Positions 16,694-35,730 are shown, counted from the stretch's first letter. The stretch is DNA of 64,000 nt from the human T2T-CHM13v2.0 reference genome, Homo sapiens (GCF_009914755.1 NC_060929.1), one strand, 5' to 3'. Translations and numbers: made by a program. Notes: generated by a model not told the origin, from the letters alone.

Positions 16694-17030
16694 CAGTCAT
16701 GCATCATTTAATGATGGGAATACTTTCTGAGAAATGTGTCGTTTGGCGATTTCATCATTGTGTGGACATCATAGAGTGTATTACACAAACCTAGATGGTA
16801 GAGCGTACTACACACCTATGCTATATGGTAGAGCCTATTGCTTCTAGGCTACAAATATGCACAGCATGTGACTGTACTAGACACTGTAGGCAATTGTAAC
16901 ACAGTGGTAAGTATTTATGTATCTAAACATAGAAAAGGTACAGTAAAAATATGATATAATCATCTTATGGGACCATCATTACACATGCAGTCTGCCATTA
17001 ACTGAAATGTCATTATGCAGCGTGTGACTC
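16694..17030 (+). mobile_element. Tigger3a (MER7A) DNA transposon
   Basis: TA|CAGTCATG...TGACTC|TA terminal inverted repeats; CACAAACCTAGATGG core. Confidence 0.85.
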
Positions 17031-17784
17031 TATTTGATTTGCTGTATGGTTGTTAGGACTTAACCCAATTAATCTTTGGAGAGCATTTACCAGAAATAAC
17101 AATTTTGGTTTTGGAATAGTCAATCTTAACTTTTTGGGATTATTAGTTAAAGCAGCTAGCATTGCCATAACTAAAGCAGAATTTTATCTTTCAGAATCAG
17201 TTAAGGGCTTTTTGGACAATATAACTAACTACGTCATCTGCACACAGAAGGATGTTTATTTTTCTTATTTCAACTCATCCAAGGGTGGTGGCTGGGCTGT
17301 TAGGTACAGTTTCAAGAGAGGGGAAGCCACAACTCTCTGCTCTCCTAGTTATAGCAACTTAATGTAGATCCTCAAGAGTCGAGGAGTACTGATAAGCATA
17401 ATAAGAAATAGAAACACAAGTCCACAAAGAGGAAGTACACTTGGGTTGATTTTCAATTTATTATTGCAGTGATTTCAGAGAATGAACCTAATCAACTGAT
17501 CCAATTGACATTGAATGTAATTTTGACTGACAAGGCTTAGTTTACCCCTTAGGTGCAATGGGTTAAGAACAGAGACAGAGAGCTTTTCACCAAAATCCAT
17601 GTTCCCCTTTCTTGGATTGGAGGCATTGTTGGGAGGTAGATTCCTGGCTAGAAACTATATTCCCCAGAGCACCTTATAACCAGATGTGGTTGTATGACTA
17701 GTCCTTATTGATGGAATATGAGCAGAAATGAATTGTGTCATTTGCAGGCTGAGGTTTTAAAGAACTGAGTGTGGCTTCTCTATA

Positions 17785-18270
17785 GGGTAGTCCCTGCTTA
17801 ATCTGCGGTTTCGCTTTCCATTATTTCAGTTACCCACAGTTCACTGTGGTTCAAAAACATTCAATGAAAAATTCCAGAAATAAACAATTCATGTTTTAAA
17901 TTGTGCGGCATTCTGAGTAGAATGATGAAATCTGCCGCTAACTACACTCCGCTCTCATTAGTCACTTAGGAGACAGCTCGGTTAACAAATCAGCTGTCCC
18001 CGTATCGCAGCACTGTGTTCACATTACTCTTATTTTACTTAGCAGTGGCCCCAAAGTGCAAGAGTAGTGATACTGGCATATTGTTATAATTGTTCTATTT
18101 TATTATTATTGTTGTTAATCTCTTACTGCGCCTAATTTGTACGCTAAATTTTATAGGTATGTATGTAGAGGAAAAAAACATAGCATATATGGACTTTGGT
18201 ACTATCTGAGGTTTCAGACATCGATGTGGGTCTTGGAACATATCCCCTCCAGGGTGAGGGGAGACTACTG
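17785..18270 (+). mobile_element. MER44B (Tigger7-derived) DNA transposon, nested in an MLT1-like LTR (~17540-18790)
   Basis: GTAGTCCC...GGGGAGACTACTG termini; GAAAATTCCAGAAATAAACAATTC and CCCAAAGTGCAAGAGTAGTGAT. Confidence 0.8.
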
Positions 18271-18428
18271 TTCTCCTCTTTCCCCATCTGCAGGCTGAAT
18301 GAAGGGCATTCTGTGCTCTTAGGGGATGAAGGTGCTACAGAATGGAAGAAGCTTGGGTCCCTGAATTGCCATGTGGCAGGGAGCCACCTACCACCCCCCT
18401 ACATTGGATGGTTACATGTCTGATAAAC

Positions 18429-18723
18429 TTTTTGTTTTTTTGAGACGAAGTCTCACTTTGTCGCCCAGCCTGGAGTGCAGTGGTGCAAACTCAGCTCACT
18501 GCAACCTCCGCCTCCTGGGTTCAAGTGATTCTCCTGCTTCAGCCTCCTGAGTAGCTGGGCTTACAGGCACTCACCACCACATCTGGCTAATTTTTGTATT
18601 TTTAGTACAGGTGGGGTTTTGCCATGTTGACCAGGCTGGTCTTGAACTCCTCACCTCAGGTTATCCATCTGCCTCGGCCTCCCAAAGTGCTGGGATTACA
18701 GGTGTGAGCCATGGCACCTGGCC
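18429..18723 (-). mobile_element. AluSx-like
   Basis: Reversed dimer. Confidence 0.9.
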
Positions 18724-19589
18724 AGAAATAATTTTTATTGTGTTAAAACACTGAAGCTTTGGATTTTATGTGTTACAACAGCCATAATTACCATAACTTA
18801 AATGGGCTCTTTTAATCTTCCAGAATCAGTTAATAGGTTTTGAAATGACCACTCTGAGTGAGGCAAGTAAAAGCAATTACGTAGAGTAAATTAAGACAGA
18901 AGAAACAGAAAAGGTACATTTTAAAGTTATTTTCTAAAGACCACTCTTGGGAAAACAGTATGATTTTGTGACTAAGCATTTTTGTGGGGTCATTCTTTTT
19001 TTTTTTTTTCCTAATTCATCAAGAGGGAGTCATCCCCTCACGATGTCTATTGATTGTTAACTGTCTGGGTTTGCTGTTCCTTTTCTAAACATCCTTGTTT
19101 TGTTGGGCTTTGGGTAAATCCTAGTTTTCTGTTATTTCTGGACATAGTCCAATATAATAAGAGTCAAGCCTTGGGAATAGTCCTGGAATTTCCCAGGACC
19201 TTTTATTTTACTGTAAAAGAGATTGAAGTAAAGAAATCTTGTTATTCCTCAGCCTGGAAGATTATGGCCTTGGGCTCCTCAACCCAGACAGGGCTTCAGG
19301 TTTTAGTTCTGGACACAGAGTTGAGAGGGTGAAGTATATAGAATATACTCCTTGTGCTGCTGGCCTATGACCTAGGCTTGGAAATGCTCAATTCCTGTCA
19401 GAGGCATGTTCTGCACAGCAGAAAGGGTCCACCATGTTACTGATTCCATAGTAGAAATGCTGTTAGCAACTGCTCTGAGGGGCTTTCTAAAGAATGGGGA
19501 CCGAGGCCATGTAGACACAGAGGAATGGAGAAGCTACCCTTGGTATGGACAAAACCTTTTCCTTCATTGCTCAGTTATCTTACAAAAAG

Positions 19590-20010
19590 GTGGCCTTCTT
19601 GATCATCCAATTTACTTCAGTGTATTTCTTCACAGGGCTTCTAGGAGCACACACTTCTGGTTTCCTTCTAACCCCCTGATCTCCCTGCTGCTGACTCCTT
19701 TGCCTCCTCCCAGCTCCTAGAGGCTGGCATGGCCCTGGGTTTAGACATTAACCTTTCTGCCCAGTCACTGCTCTTTTGCCCTATTTAATTTTCTTCATAG
19801 CCCTCATCACTATTAGAAATGATCTTATTTATTTGTTAACTGGTATGCTTAAGAGCTTCACTAGAATATAAGCTCTGTGACATCAGAGACTCTGTTTTAT
19901 TTACTGTAGAATTTCAAAGGACTAGAACAGTCCTTGGTCCATAACATGTGCTCGAAAAATAGTTGTTGAATGCATAATTGACTGACTGATTAATGGAATG
20001 AATGAATATA
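19590..20010 (+). mobile_element. L2 3' end
   Basis: CTAGAATATAAGCTC...GTTGTTGAATG...GAATGAATGAAT. Confidence 0.7.
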
Positions 20011-20259
20011 TGAATTCTGATAATGACAAACAGCATGTCTTCTTAAAGATTAGGAGACAAAACTTTTATCAAAGTAGGAGGAGAGAATTTGAAATTATTC
20101 TAGAATATTTTGTTGTGGTCCTATCTGCTGCAACTTCAAAAAAAAAAAAAGATGGTTTTCTTTTTCTTTTTTTATCAGCCACAGAGGGATGGATTAGATG
20201 ACCTTCTCATACAAGTTGAGTCACTCCCAACTTGAGCATCATGTAAACCTGGCCACTTA

Positions 20260-20568
<309 letters not shown>

Positions 20569-21403
20569 TTATGAGAGGACCTTTCCCCTTTAGATGCAGA
20601 CTGACCTTAGAATCTCTCCATCTCCCCCTCCCCATTTCTAGGGCCACTCACTGGTATTACATGTATAAGCTCAGACACATGATAAATGGGCCTTGGTCTT
20701 CTATTGCAAGCTCCTTTTCTAGTAACCACAAGGACAGCACCTTGCTTATTCAGGTCAGTCCCCCTCCCAGTGCCTAGCAGTCTAACCTGAGCTCCACTGC
20801 AATGGCTGGGACCCTGCCACCTTGTTGACTGATCTTTCTGATGCTGAAAGCTTGAATTCCTAAATATAAGGCATCACCAGCACCTTCCAAAGGTTTCCCA
20901 TTGCTATGTTTTATCCACCTGTAAAGTCCTCAAGAAACTTTACGTGAACTGCTGAAACCTGCTGTCTACAGTTGTCTAGATTGAGACCTGATATGGCCAC
21001 ATCTCATGCTTGTCTCCTCCTCGGTCAACATTTACTGCTGGGTCATCTTCTCATTGTCTTTCCCATTTCAAAGGGCAGGTATAACTTCAGGCTAGCCCTC
21101 CCTCCCATGCTACTTTAACTGACCCATACCTATTGATAACCAAGTTTGGCTCGCATGCTAAAGAGGATGTCTCCTACGTTCATCCAGAATGGCTTGGGTT
21201 ATTTGCCCAATTATAAGTATACTTAAAAATAGATGAAATTATTATTATGAAGAATAATAGGATAACCCTCTATTTTGTTCAGAAGCAGGCTTCCCACCTT
21301 CCTACATTCGCGTCTAGGTAAACCTCAAAATTATCCAGTAAAATGAGAAAGATGACTGAAGATTTTTCCTCCTTATACTGAAAGCAATAAAAATCAAAAT
21401 GTT

Positions 21404-21711
<308 letters not shown>

Positions 21712-22552
21712 TTAATAAATGCATGGAGAAGAAGGAAGATAATGATAAGAAAAGAACCTTTTGGTTTTGAAAAGTCTGGAAGGAAAATCAACAAAAATGC
21801 ATCAAAATTCAGAGTATAAATATTGAATATGATTTTGTAGAATTGACCATTAATATCTAAGTCTTAAGTAGAAGCAAGTATTTTTCTGGCATTTCCAGTC
21901 TTGAGTCATAGTTTACTGATGCATTAAATCTGTTTCTAGTTGTTAATGTCTAAATCATCAAGTTCTCAGATTAAAAGAAATGAGACTCAGAGACCCAAAA
22001 GAAAGGCATGCTGGGCAAATTTCAGAGTTGCCAAAGATTTACAGTTTTCGAAAAGCAGATCTTTTGGTGGGGGAAAGTTTGAAACACTTTTAAAAATCAT
22101 ATTGCAACATTTCCTGGAACTCTGTGTGTGTCAATGGTTTTCTGATTTTTTTTTTCCTGAAGATAAAAAGAAGAAAACCATTGAATATACTATCTGAAAC
22201 CCTTGGTCAGTCACTATTAAGAACCAACAAATGAGTTTGATACCTACTATGTGCTGGCTGATTCCCCAAGTGTTAATTGTCAGCTGTGATGGGCATTTTT
22301 TTTTTATTACGTGTTACAAATGAAGGAGAAAGCACAAAGAGATACAGTGATTTGCCTAACCAACGTCACACACCTGTGAAATCTGATCATTTGAATTGGG
22401 TCCTTCTTGTTGTATCCAACTACTAAACCAGAGTTGAGAAGTCAGGGAAAAAAAGCAGGCAGGGCACATAACATTGCTCCCAAAATGCAATTAGCTGTGA
22501 GCCTGGCTGCTGAAACTGCCTGTAGTAACTAGTTTTATCTAATGGCTTCTGA

Positions 22553-23416
<864 letters not shown>

Positions 23417-24119
23417 TCAACTCTACATATTTTATTTGAGTTTGACACATCTGTGGTAAGGTTTTTTTGTATACTGAGTTCAGAGTTGTGGCTGAGACTT
23501 AACTTCTAAGTGTCCCGTTTGCGACATTTTTCTTTAATTCTTGAATTTGAACATTGCCAGGAGGGAGGGATAAGCTTCACAGTGCAGTCCCCAGGACAAC
23601 TGCTTCCCGTGAGCCCCAGCAGAACAATGGAGGGTCCTGCCTTGGGGAGCCACAGGGAGATGGGGGCAGAGTTAAAAAGGTGGCACCACATGGTGTCCTG
23701 CTGGCAGACTCTTCTCATGCAGCCCTTAGAATATATTCCTAGAAAGAGTTGTCTGCAAAGGTGTCAACTTTCCAGGCTCCAAGGGTGTCCATCATTATTC
23801 ACCGTGATTTAGAGGAGTACTTCTTCCCAGTCCCTTGCATAGCTCTCTAGTCAAAGAAATGTAAAATTTTGAATTTTTGAACTTTGAAAGGGGGACAGTT
23901 TGCTTTCACTACATTCTATTTGCTAGTGGCAGTCAACTTTAGAAACCCCTTCTATGCCCTTCCTCTACCCCCTTATCCCAGTTTTCTCTTTTCTTCAGCT
24001 CAGACACTGGAAAAGTCCATAGCAAGAGCAGTTCTTAAGGCATGTGCTAGAAGGGAGGGGGCTAGGAGGACAGCCATATGTCTGTCTGAGATATGGGACT
24101 TCGGCTAATATGCACAGAC

Positions 24120-24660
<541 letters not shown>

Positions 24661-25684
24661 TTCCCAGATTTGCATGTGAGTTCTAGAGAGAGAGCACAAA
24701 TAGAAAATGAAAAAGTAGGCTCTAAAGGAAATCTCTGTGAGACTTGGGCAATGCTTCATTGCAATCTATGATAGGTCATGGCAGAAAGGGGTGGTGTTTG
24801 GGAAAGGGAAGTGATTTAATTCAGCAGGACACCCTCAATGGGGCTGGTCCAGAGTGAATTCACCACCATCAGTGGGCAGCAATAGCAAATGCAAGCCATA
24901 GCAAATGCAAGAAGCTGCACTGGTAGCAATGGTGGTCATAGTGAAGATTTCTGGGTACCTCTCTGGAGAGGAAGAAAAAGGATGACCTCCATGTGGTGGT
25001 TAGGACTTGTTTGACATGGACTCAAGGCACCCCTAGGACCTCCCAAAAGGATTGCAGGAAGAGTTTGAGAGGAGAGGGTCTTGAGGATTTTCAGTAAGGC
25101 TTAACCAGGCTTGCTCTAATGTTGGGAAATGCTGAACTGAAATCTCTACCGGTGAGGACTAGTATTATGACACAGTTGTTAAATTGAGCCCTGATTGTGG
25201 GCTGAGTCATCTGCTTGGCGTTGTCCCTTTAAGAGCCTGCTTTGTCTCCCCTGTTCTTTATCTTCCAGTCCCTCCCACCACCTTCCCCAGTTCTCGTTGT
25301 TCTCCACATTCCTTAGCCTCAAGCTTCTACTCAACCAATCCTACCCCACAGATGTTAATTGGATCTTCACAGTATTCCCACCCTGTTGGGGTTATTTAGG
25401 GAGATTGTTTTTAGAAGCACCAAGTGTGTCCAGAAATATCCCAAGAGAAATTCTGATGCCATTAAGATAGAAAAGAATGTTTCCCTAATGGCCATATCAC
25501 CTCTATCTTAGAGGATTGTTAGGAAGATCCAAAATGGCCCAAATTCATGAAACCAACTCTAAGTGGGGATATAAACGTTGAAGATGATTGGAGTAAAGCT
25601 TCAAGTTCCAGCTCCTTTAGCCAGCTGCATAGATCCAAGAATGCTCCTTTGCAACTGGGACCCCATAATGACACCCTTCGCCTA

Positions 25685-25879
<195 letters not shown>

Positions 25880-27062
25880 TTAAACATGTGTGACCCATGA
25901 AACTGATGAGCAGGCTTTATTGGCCTGTTCATTTATTTTGCTATTTGCAATACAAACCCAGCTGTTTGTATGGGACTGAAGGGAGATGAAGCTGATTGTT
26001 GCTACATCTCTATAAACTATGTATTTTTTTTACCGGCTCTTTTCAATCTTCTGCAATTTTGCAATAATTGGCTGAGTAAAACATTTTGGGTAGATGATAA
26101 AAATTGCTTATGACTGTGTCAGGGATCAGCATAATTTAAGACATAACAGGCAGATTTATCCTGACTTGGCTTGAACCATGTAGAATCTAGGAGTGCCTTT
26201 GGAAAGCCGCTCTATCTAGGCAGATGGGTTCAGCACACTTTTATAGGGGGTGGCAGGTGTTAAGGGGCAGCAACAGTACCCAGCCTTGGATTGCACAAAC
26301 TCTTGCTGAAAAAGTGGCCACCTGTACTGAAATGCTTCTCTGTTTTCAGAATCAATATAGGTCAAGGCATTTAGTTTTTTATGTGTTTTCTTTCTGAATA
26401 AAAATAGAGATGAAATTACACATTTTGATGAACTTTGCAGGGCTGTTGGAACAAGCCAGCCTCATGAAGCAGGATCCAGGTGCTTCTTATTCCTTCAGGT
26501 GAAGAACTCAAACCTCAGATTCACTCCTTGCCCAGTCGAGACTTGTGTAGATGTCTTTGGACTGGAGATTGTGATTCTTCTCCAGATGAACTGCAAGCTA
26601 TGACCCTGAGAAATCCCCAAGAAAGGGTAAATCCCAAGATTTCTGTTTTCACTGAAAGAACACCGAGTTCAGAGTTGTGGCTGAGTCTTAACTTCTAAGT
26701 GTCCCTTTTGCCAAAGTTTTCTTTAATATTTGAATTTGAACATTGCCTGGAGGGAGTGATGAGCTTTGCAGTGCAGTCCCTAGGACACCAGAAATTGAGT
26801 TGCAGTCGGCAACTCAATTTCTCTCCAATTTTTTTCCTTCTGAAACTCTTTCAGTCATCTGTACTGGGAAAAAGCAGCAATGAAGTGCTATGTCTTAAAA
26901 TAGTTGCAAAATTTCCTTCCTTTCCCTTCCTCCCTTCCTTTCTTCCTGTCAACAAGTGGTAATTATAACTATTGAGAGAAAAAAAGGACATGCTGCAAAA
27001 GGCAATTATTGAAGCAATCTGTGAATCTGAAATGCTCAGTAAGTAAAGCTAAAGAATCCCTA

Positions 27063-27750
<688 letters not shown>

Positions 27751-27756
27751 CAAATC

Positions 27757-27927
27757 TTTTCTTTCTTTTTTTTTTTTTTGAGACGGCATCTTGCTCTGTT
27801 GCCCAGGCTGGAGTGCAGTGGTGTGATCATGGCTCCCTGCAGCCTTGACCTTCTAGGCTCAAGCAATCCTTCCACGTCAATGTCTCAACGTACGGGGATT
27901 ACCGGCGTGAGCCACTGCATCTGGCCC
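27757..27927 (-). mobile_element. Alu monomer (FRAM/FAM-like)
   Basis: Single ~170-bp arm with poly-T. Confidence 0.75.
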
Positions 27928-28039
27928 AAATATTTCTTAAGTTTAAAATAATTTTCCTGAGGTGTCTCTAACTGAGGTTTAGGGAGGAATGACAGATTTA
28001 TCTCCAAATGGGGTTCCAAAATTTATTTTAAGTTGGTAC

Positions 28040-29110
28040 ATTTGTCCTTGTAGAAAATAGAAAAAAAAAAACCCTCAAAATAAAACAAGTAAGACAGTAC
28101 AGCATTGTTCCTGTATGTAAAATTCATATATAAAAGAAAAGGTCTTCCTTAAACAAAAGCAATAGGAAAAGTAACAAAAAACAAAAGCAACAACAACAAA
28201 AATACGGTACTTAGGAATAAATCTAACCAAAGAAGAGCAAGACTTATGTGGATAAGAAGTATAAAACTTACTGGGTGACATAAAAGAAGAACTAAACATG
28301 GGAAGATACTATGTTTATGAAGGAAAAGACTCAATATAATAGAGCTATCAATTTCCTGAAAATGAATCTATACATTCATTGCAAGTCTAATAAAAACTCA
28401 ACAAAGCTGTTGTGAAACTTGAAAACCACTTCATACATATCGGATTAGCAATTATAAAACATCTGAAATGCCAGGTGTTGTCAAGGATTTGGGAAACTCT
28501 TACATACTGTTGGTTAAAGTATAAGTTGGGACAACCATTTTTGGGGATAAATGTGGCAACATTTAATAAAATCATAGGTGCTTATACCTTATAACCCTGT
28601 AATTCCACTTCCAAGTTTATTTCATAACGAAAATTTCACATTGATGAACAAAGAGATATAATCAAAGATGATAATGAAGAACTAAACTAACAAGAAATGG
28701 CATAAATGAACATTAATAGAGAAATACATAAATTATATTTATGCAAAGAAGTGTCATAGAGCAATTAAAATGTCTGAGTTAAATTAATCCAGATCCACTT
28801 GAATAAATCTTAAAGACATAATTTTGAGTGAAGAAAGCCAATTGCAAAGATACACACTATTATTTATGTAAATTTTATAAATCAAAATAACAACAGATTG
28901 CTATAAACCCAGGAAAAATAGTTCAAGCACAAAAACAGAAAAAGGAAAGATATACACCAGCTTCAGAATAGCGGTTAGTTATTTTAGAGGAATGAAGGGA
29001 AAAGGGGTGGAATCAGAAAAGAATAAAAAGGGCCTTCAACTGCTCTGTAACTTTTTTCCTTTAAAAAAATCCAAGGAAAAGATTGCAAATTGTCAAAATT
29101 GTTAAATTCT
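28040..29110 (+). mobile_element. Old L1M fragment
   Basis: TTAGGAATAAATCTAACCAAAG, GAAAAGACTCAATAT, CCCTGTAATTCCACTTC. Confidence 0.65.
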
Positions 29111-29507
29111 GCAAAATAAAGGGTGGAGCAACTTGGTTAGGTAAGGTGTGCAGGAAGGTAGCCTCAGCATCTTGCGTCCTTAAATGATCCACTTTGCCAC
29201 ATGGTAAAGTGTTCAAGAACTTTAAGACATCTGCACTACAAGATAAGGAGCAGAAACAGCACTAACCAAGGACACAGAATATTTGGGTTCCAGTTCCAAC
29301 TATTTTATTAGCTATGAAACTTTGGCTAAGAAACTTAGCCACTTCGAGACTCATTGTCTTGTCCTGGGTGGTGCAAAGTAATTACAGTAAGGTTATGAAA
29401 TTCCAAAAGCAACAATAATAGCTTGTATTTATTGAGTGTTTATTATGTATCAGGCATAACTTTGAATACTCTAGATGGATTAACCTAGCTAGTTTTGATT
29501 TTTATAC

Positions 29508-29889
29508 TGTCTTAGTCTGTTTTCTGTTGCTGTAAATGAATACACGAGACTGGGTAATTTATAAAGAGAAGAATTTTATTTCTTTCAGTTCTGGAGGCTG
29601 GGATGTCCGAGGTTGAGGGGCCATATTGGGTGAGGGCCTTTTTGGTGGTGGGAACTCTCTGCAGAGTCCTGAGGTGGTACAGGGTATCACATGGCAAGGG
29701 AGCTCATGAGAGATGACCAAACTAGCTTTTATAACAGACCCACTCCCATGATTACTAACCCACTCCCACAATGACCCATGAGTGGATTAATCCCAATAAT
29801 CTCCCAAAGGTTCCACCTCTCAACAATACTGCATTGTGGACCAGGTTCCCAACACATGAAATTTGAGGGAACACATTCGAACTATAGCA
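29508..29889 (-). mobile_element. MaLR LTR (MLT1A/MSTD-like)
   Basis: TGTCTTAGTCTGTTTTCTGTTGCT...AACTATAGCA with CAGTTCTGGAGGCTGGGA core. Confidence 0.8.
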
Positions 29890-32810
29890 TGTAGCTTGAA
29901 TGTAGTTGAAATTGGGTATACTGATTCCTTCCACTTTATTCTTTTTCAAAATTGTTTTAACTATCCTAGTTCCTTTGTATTTCTATACACATTTTAGCTA
30001 ATCTTGTCTATATACACAAAAAATCTTGCTGGGGTTTGGTAGAAATTGTGGTCTCCATCTCATGCCAAGATGTCTCTTCAGAATTTGCGCTAAATCTGTA
30101 CACAGATTTGAAGAGCACTGCATGTTTACTATGTTGAGCCTTCTAGTCCACAAACATGGTATGCCTTTCCATTTATTAAGATCTTTGATTTATTTAATTA
30201 GCACTTTATAGTTTTCAACATACAAGTTCTGTACATATTTTATTGTATTTGCACCTAAATGTTTCTTTTTATTGAGTGATTTTAAATGGTATTATGGTTT
30301 AAAATTTTGATGTCTGCATGTTCATTGTTTGTATACAAAAATAAAATCTATGTCTTGTACCCTGTGACCTTGCTGAACTCACTTAGTTGTAGGAGTATGT
30401 TGGTAGGTTCCTTAGGAGTTCCTATGAAGACAATCAAATTGTGCAAAAAGTAATAGTTTTCTTTTTTCCTTTTCAAGATGTATGCTTTTGGCCGGGCCAG
30501 TGGCTCACACCTGTAATCCCAGCACTTTGGGAGGCCAAGGTGGGAGGATCACCTGAGAGGTCAGAAGTTTGAGAAGAGCCTGGGCAACATGGTGAAACCT
30601 GTCTCTACTAAAAATACACAAATTAGCTGGGAGCAGTGGTGAGCACCTGTAATCCCAGTTACTCAGGAGTCTGAGGCAGAATTGCTTGAACCCGGGAGGT
30701 GGAGGTTGCAGTGAGCCAAGATTGCACCACTGCACCCCAGTCTGGGTAAAAAATGAAAGATGTATGCTTTTTATTTCCTTTTCTTGCCCTTTTGCACTCA
30801 TATTAAACTATGCTGAATTGGAGTGGTGAGAGTGGACATTCACACCTTGTTCCAGGTCTTAGGGGCAAAGCACTCAAACTTTCACCGTTAAGTAAAACCT
30901 TAGCTCTAGAGTTGTTGTTGTTGTTGTTGATACTCTTCCTTATGTTGAAGAAGCTCTCGTCTATTCCTATTTTTCTGAGATTTTTATTATTAATATGTGT
31001 TAAATTTTGTCTAAAGCTTTTTTTGTATTAATTGATATGAACATGTGATTTTTCTGCCTTAGTTGGTTAATTCGGTGGATTACATTGACTTTCAAATATT
31101 GAACCAGTCTTACAGCCCTAACATCCCTAAAACAAACCCTACTTGGTCATGGTGTATGATATTCTTTTTGTTTTTGTTTTGAGATAGAGTCTCGCTCTGT
31201 CACCCAGGCTGAAGTGCAGTAGTGCGATCTCGGCTCACTGCAACCTCCGCCTCCCGGTTCAAGCAATTCTCGTGCCTCAGCCTCCCCAGTAGCTAGGATT
31301 ACAGGCTTATGCCACCGTACCCAGCTAATTTTTGTATTTTTAGTAGAGACGGGGTTTCACCGTGTTGGCCAGGCCGGTCTTGACCTCAAGTCCTGATCTC
31401 AAGTGATCTGCTTGCCTCGGCCTCCCGAAGTGTTGGGATTATAGGCGTGAGCCACCGTGTCCGGCCTATTTCTGTATATTACTGAATTCTATTTGCTAAT
31501 ATTTGGTTAAGGATTTTTAAATCTACATTCATGAAGACCACTGGTCTATAGGCTTATTTTTTTTTTACATCGTCTTTGGTTTTGATAGTGAAGTAATACT
31601 AGCTCATAAACATAACTGAAACGTGTTTTCTCATCTCTTCTTTTTGGAAGAGATTATGTGGAATCGATGCTGGTTATTCTTTAAAAGTTTGTAGAAATCT
31701 GCCAGGTGAGGTGGCTCATATCTATAATCTTAGCACTTTGGGAGGCCAAGGTGGGAGGATCACAAATCTCTGGTGAAATAATCTAGTCCTGGAGATATCT
31801 TTTTCGGGGGGGATTTTAAAATTATGAAGTCAATTTCCTAATTATAGGGCTCTTCAGATTACCTATTTCTTATTGGCTATTTCTTACTGTTCTGTTTTCA
31901 AGTTCATTACTTCTTTCCTTTGCATCCTCATTCTGCTGCTGAGCTTATTCACTGAGTTTTACCATTGTGATGATTGTATTTTTGATTTTTAAAAATTCTC
32001 ATTTGGTTTTTCCTTATGTCTTTTATTTCTTTGCTGAGACTTTCTATTTTTTTCTTTAGTTTTAAGCATGTTTTCAATTGCTCATTGAAGCATTTTTGTC
32101 ACGGTTATTTTAAAATCTTTGTGAGATAATTCTAACATCTCTTTCATTGGCATCTGTTGATTATTTTTTCATTCAGTTTGGGATCTTCCTGTTTCTTGGT
32201 ATGACGAGTGATTTTTGATTGAAACTTGGACTTTTGGGGTATTATATTATGAGATTCCTGATCTTAAACCTTTTATTTTAGCTGGCTTCCATGGGCACTG
32301 CTGTAAAGGGGAAGTAAAGGGGTGCCACCTCATTATTGCAAGGTGGCATTAGAAATCCAGGTTTCCTACTCAGTCTTTGCTGGAACGAGTGGGGCTGGAG
32401 CCCCATGGCTTTTTGTGGTGTTTGGCTGGAGTAGGGACTTATTGTCTAAAAAGTGTTCTGTCTTTCTAGGCTGTTTCTTTCCTGGTCCTTTTGCCAGAGA
32501 GAGAAGGCTTTTGTTGTTTTTCTTGCTGTTTGGTCTGTGCCTGTTGACATTTCTGGGTTGCCAGCTTCTTCAGCATCAGCTCTGGGAGAGACAAGGCAAG
32601 AAGAAAACCCTGGGCACTTACACCATGTCATTCCTTGAGTCAGAAGATCTCAGCTCATCTGTCATTTTATCTTCATCTTCCAGAGTCTTTTTATGTTTAC
32701 ATATAACGTCCAGGGTTTTTAGTTGCATTTAGCAGAAATAATACCAAAGAAATGCATCTACTCCATCTTCCCAGAAGCAGAAATCCTTGCTCTTTGCCTT
32801 TTACAGTTAC
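29890..32810 (-). mobile_element. Old L1M (minus strand) with Alu insertions at 30490-30753 (+) and 31165-31466 (-)
   Basis: T-rich reversed L1 ORF2 motifs (GTGGTGAGAGTGGACATTC, CTTGGTCATGGTGTAT). Confidence 0.7.
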
Positions 32811-33006
32811 ATTTTCTCAACATCCATTGCTACCAAAAGTAGCCTGCTCTTTCCGTACCTTTTCCTAACTACTTGACCTATCTATTTTGGTCATTCATAC
32901 AAAGATATTGAAAACAAACTCAAACTGATGACTTCATTATAAGAGGCGATGTGGTACCTGCACATAGGCACAGTATCAAAATGGCTGGTCAGATATACAT
33001 TTATTA

Positions 33007-33231
<225 letters not shown>

Positions 33232-34187
33232 TTAGTGTGTGGAGCCAGTTCACTGAAAGAATAACAATACCCAAGTCGTCACCCACACAAGTGATTCATT
33301 AAAACTTCTCAAGTGAATCCAGGCAGAAGTCTGGGTCATCCTGGCTACACACTCCCTCACCACTTCTGAAGAAAGGTGGATCACTCATGCCATTTGTAAC
33401 ACCGCCATGTATTGGAAAGGAACCTGAGGGATTGGATGTCATTTGAGATTTTCTGATTATTTCCAGGCATTCAGGCTTCTCGAAGCCAGGGAGCCCAGAG
33501 AGGAAAGTGGGAAGTGGGGCCCTCATCTTGGTTCTGCATTGCCCTTTTTGATCTGGAACATGTTCCTTGTCCTCCCAATAACTCAGTTTACTACCTTTCA
33601 AAGAGACATTGTGCTCTCCATTCTCCGTTCTCCAGATGTGGAGGGTGAGGCAGCCTTTCCCACCCTATTCTGTACCCTGAGGACTGACCCTTGCCGAGTG
33701 CTCCACCCAGGCTCCCTCACCCTTTTGCTTGCCCATGAGAGGCACGGGCAGGAGCCTGATGGGGAGAAGAGAGAGATGGGACATTTCTTCCTGCCTTCCC
33801 CTAGTGCCGTGTTCGGCAGGAGCCACTTCTCTCCCAACAGGAGGCTCTTTCTTGGCAGAGCCAGTCTCTTCCTCTGCAGAGTCAGTCTCTCTGGGTTCCC
33901 TGATAAAATGGTCCCCTCCCATCCTTCTTAGCTGTAAGGATGGGATTGGCTTCCCACTGATGTTAGTCTGTGGAGCTTCAGCATCCCTAGTTCATTCTTT
34001 CAGCCCTGCGTCATCTCTGCAAGCTGTCCCTTCATGAAAGTCTCTTCATTTCAACCACCTGAGATTTCATGAGAGGGCATTCCCAGAAGAAACAGAACTG
34101 TAGGCAACTCCTTTGAATTTGGTAGCCACCTGCATTATGCCTTGTGCATGCCTGAACCAACTAATAGCATGGTCAAAGGCAACATCA

Positions 34188-35312
<1,125 letters not shown>

Positions 35313-35730
35313 TCAAAGATACTTTTTAGTTTTCAGTTCGAATTGATCTTTCGTTGGCAGTGGTCCTAACCCTTTGCCTCGGTTTCTCTGTCCCAGTATT
35401 TTTGGGAAGTCATAAGTGCCGGTTGACCTGTCTGTCCCCAAAGGAACTTGTTATTGGAAATGATTCACTTATGACAACAAACTGTTTTGTAAAGTGAGTA
35501 GTTGTTCCCTAACTTACTCACAGTAGTATTTTGTTGTTTTCGTTTGTTTGTTTTAGTCAGACTCACTTGCACATTTGCCTGGGGGCCAGAAGTGAAAGAG
35601 GAGGGGTGTCCAGGTCAAATGCCACTCCTGTGATGAGCGCAAGGACTATGGAGGCAGACAACCTCAGTATCAGCTTGCACTGACCAGCTGTGTGGATTTG
35701 GACCGTCCCCTCTCCAGGCCTTAGTTTCCT

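Noticed and set aside
19406-19720. 104-aa plus-strand ORF antisense to ANKRD55
   Set aside because: No domain, only a weak donor site, and it runs into an L2.
33443-33931. 162-aa plus-strand ORF
   Set aside because: Non-ATG start, no recognisable domain, and it overlaps a probable old ERVL LTR relic.
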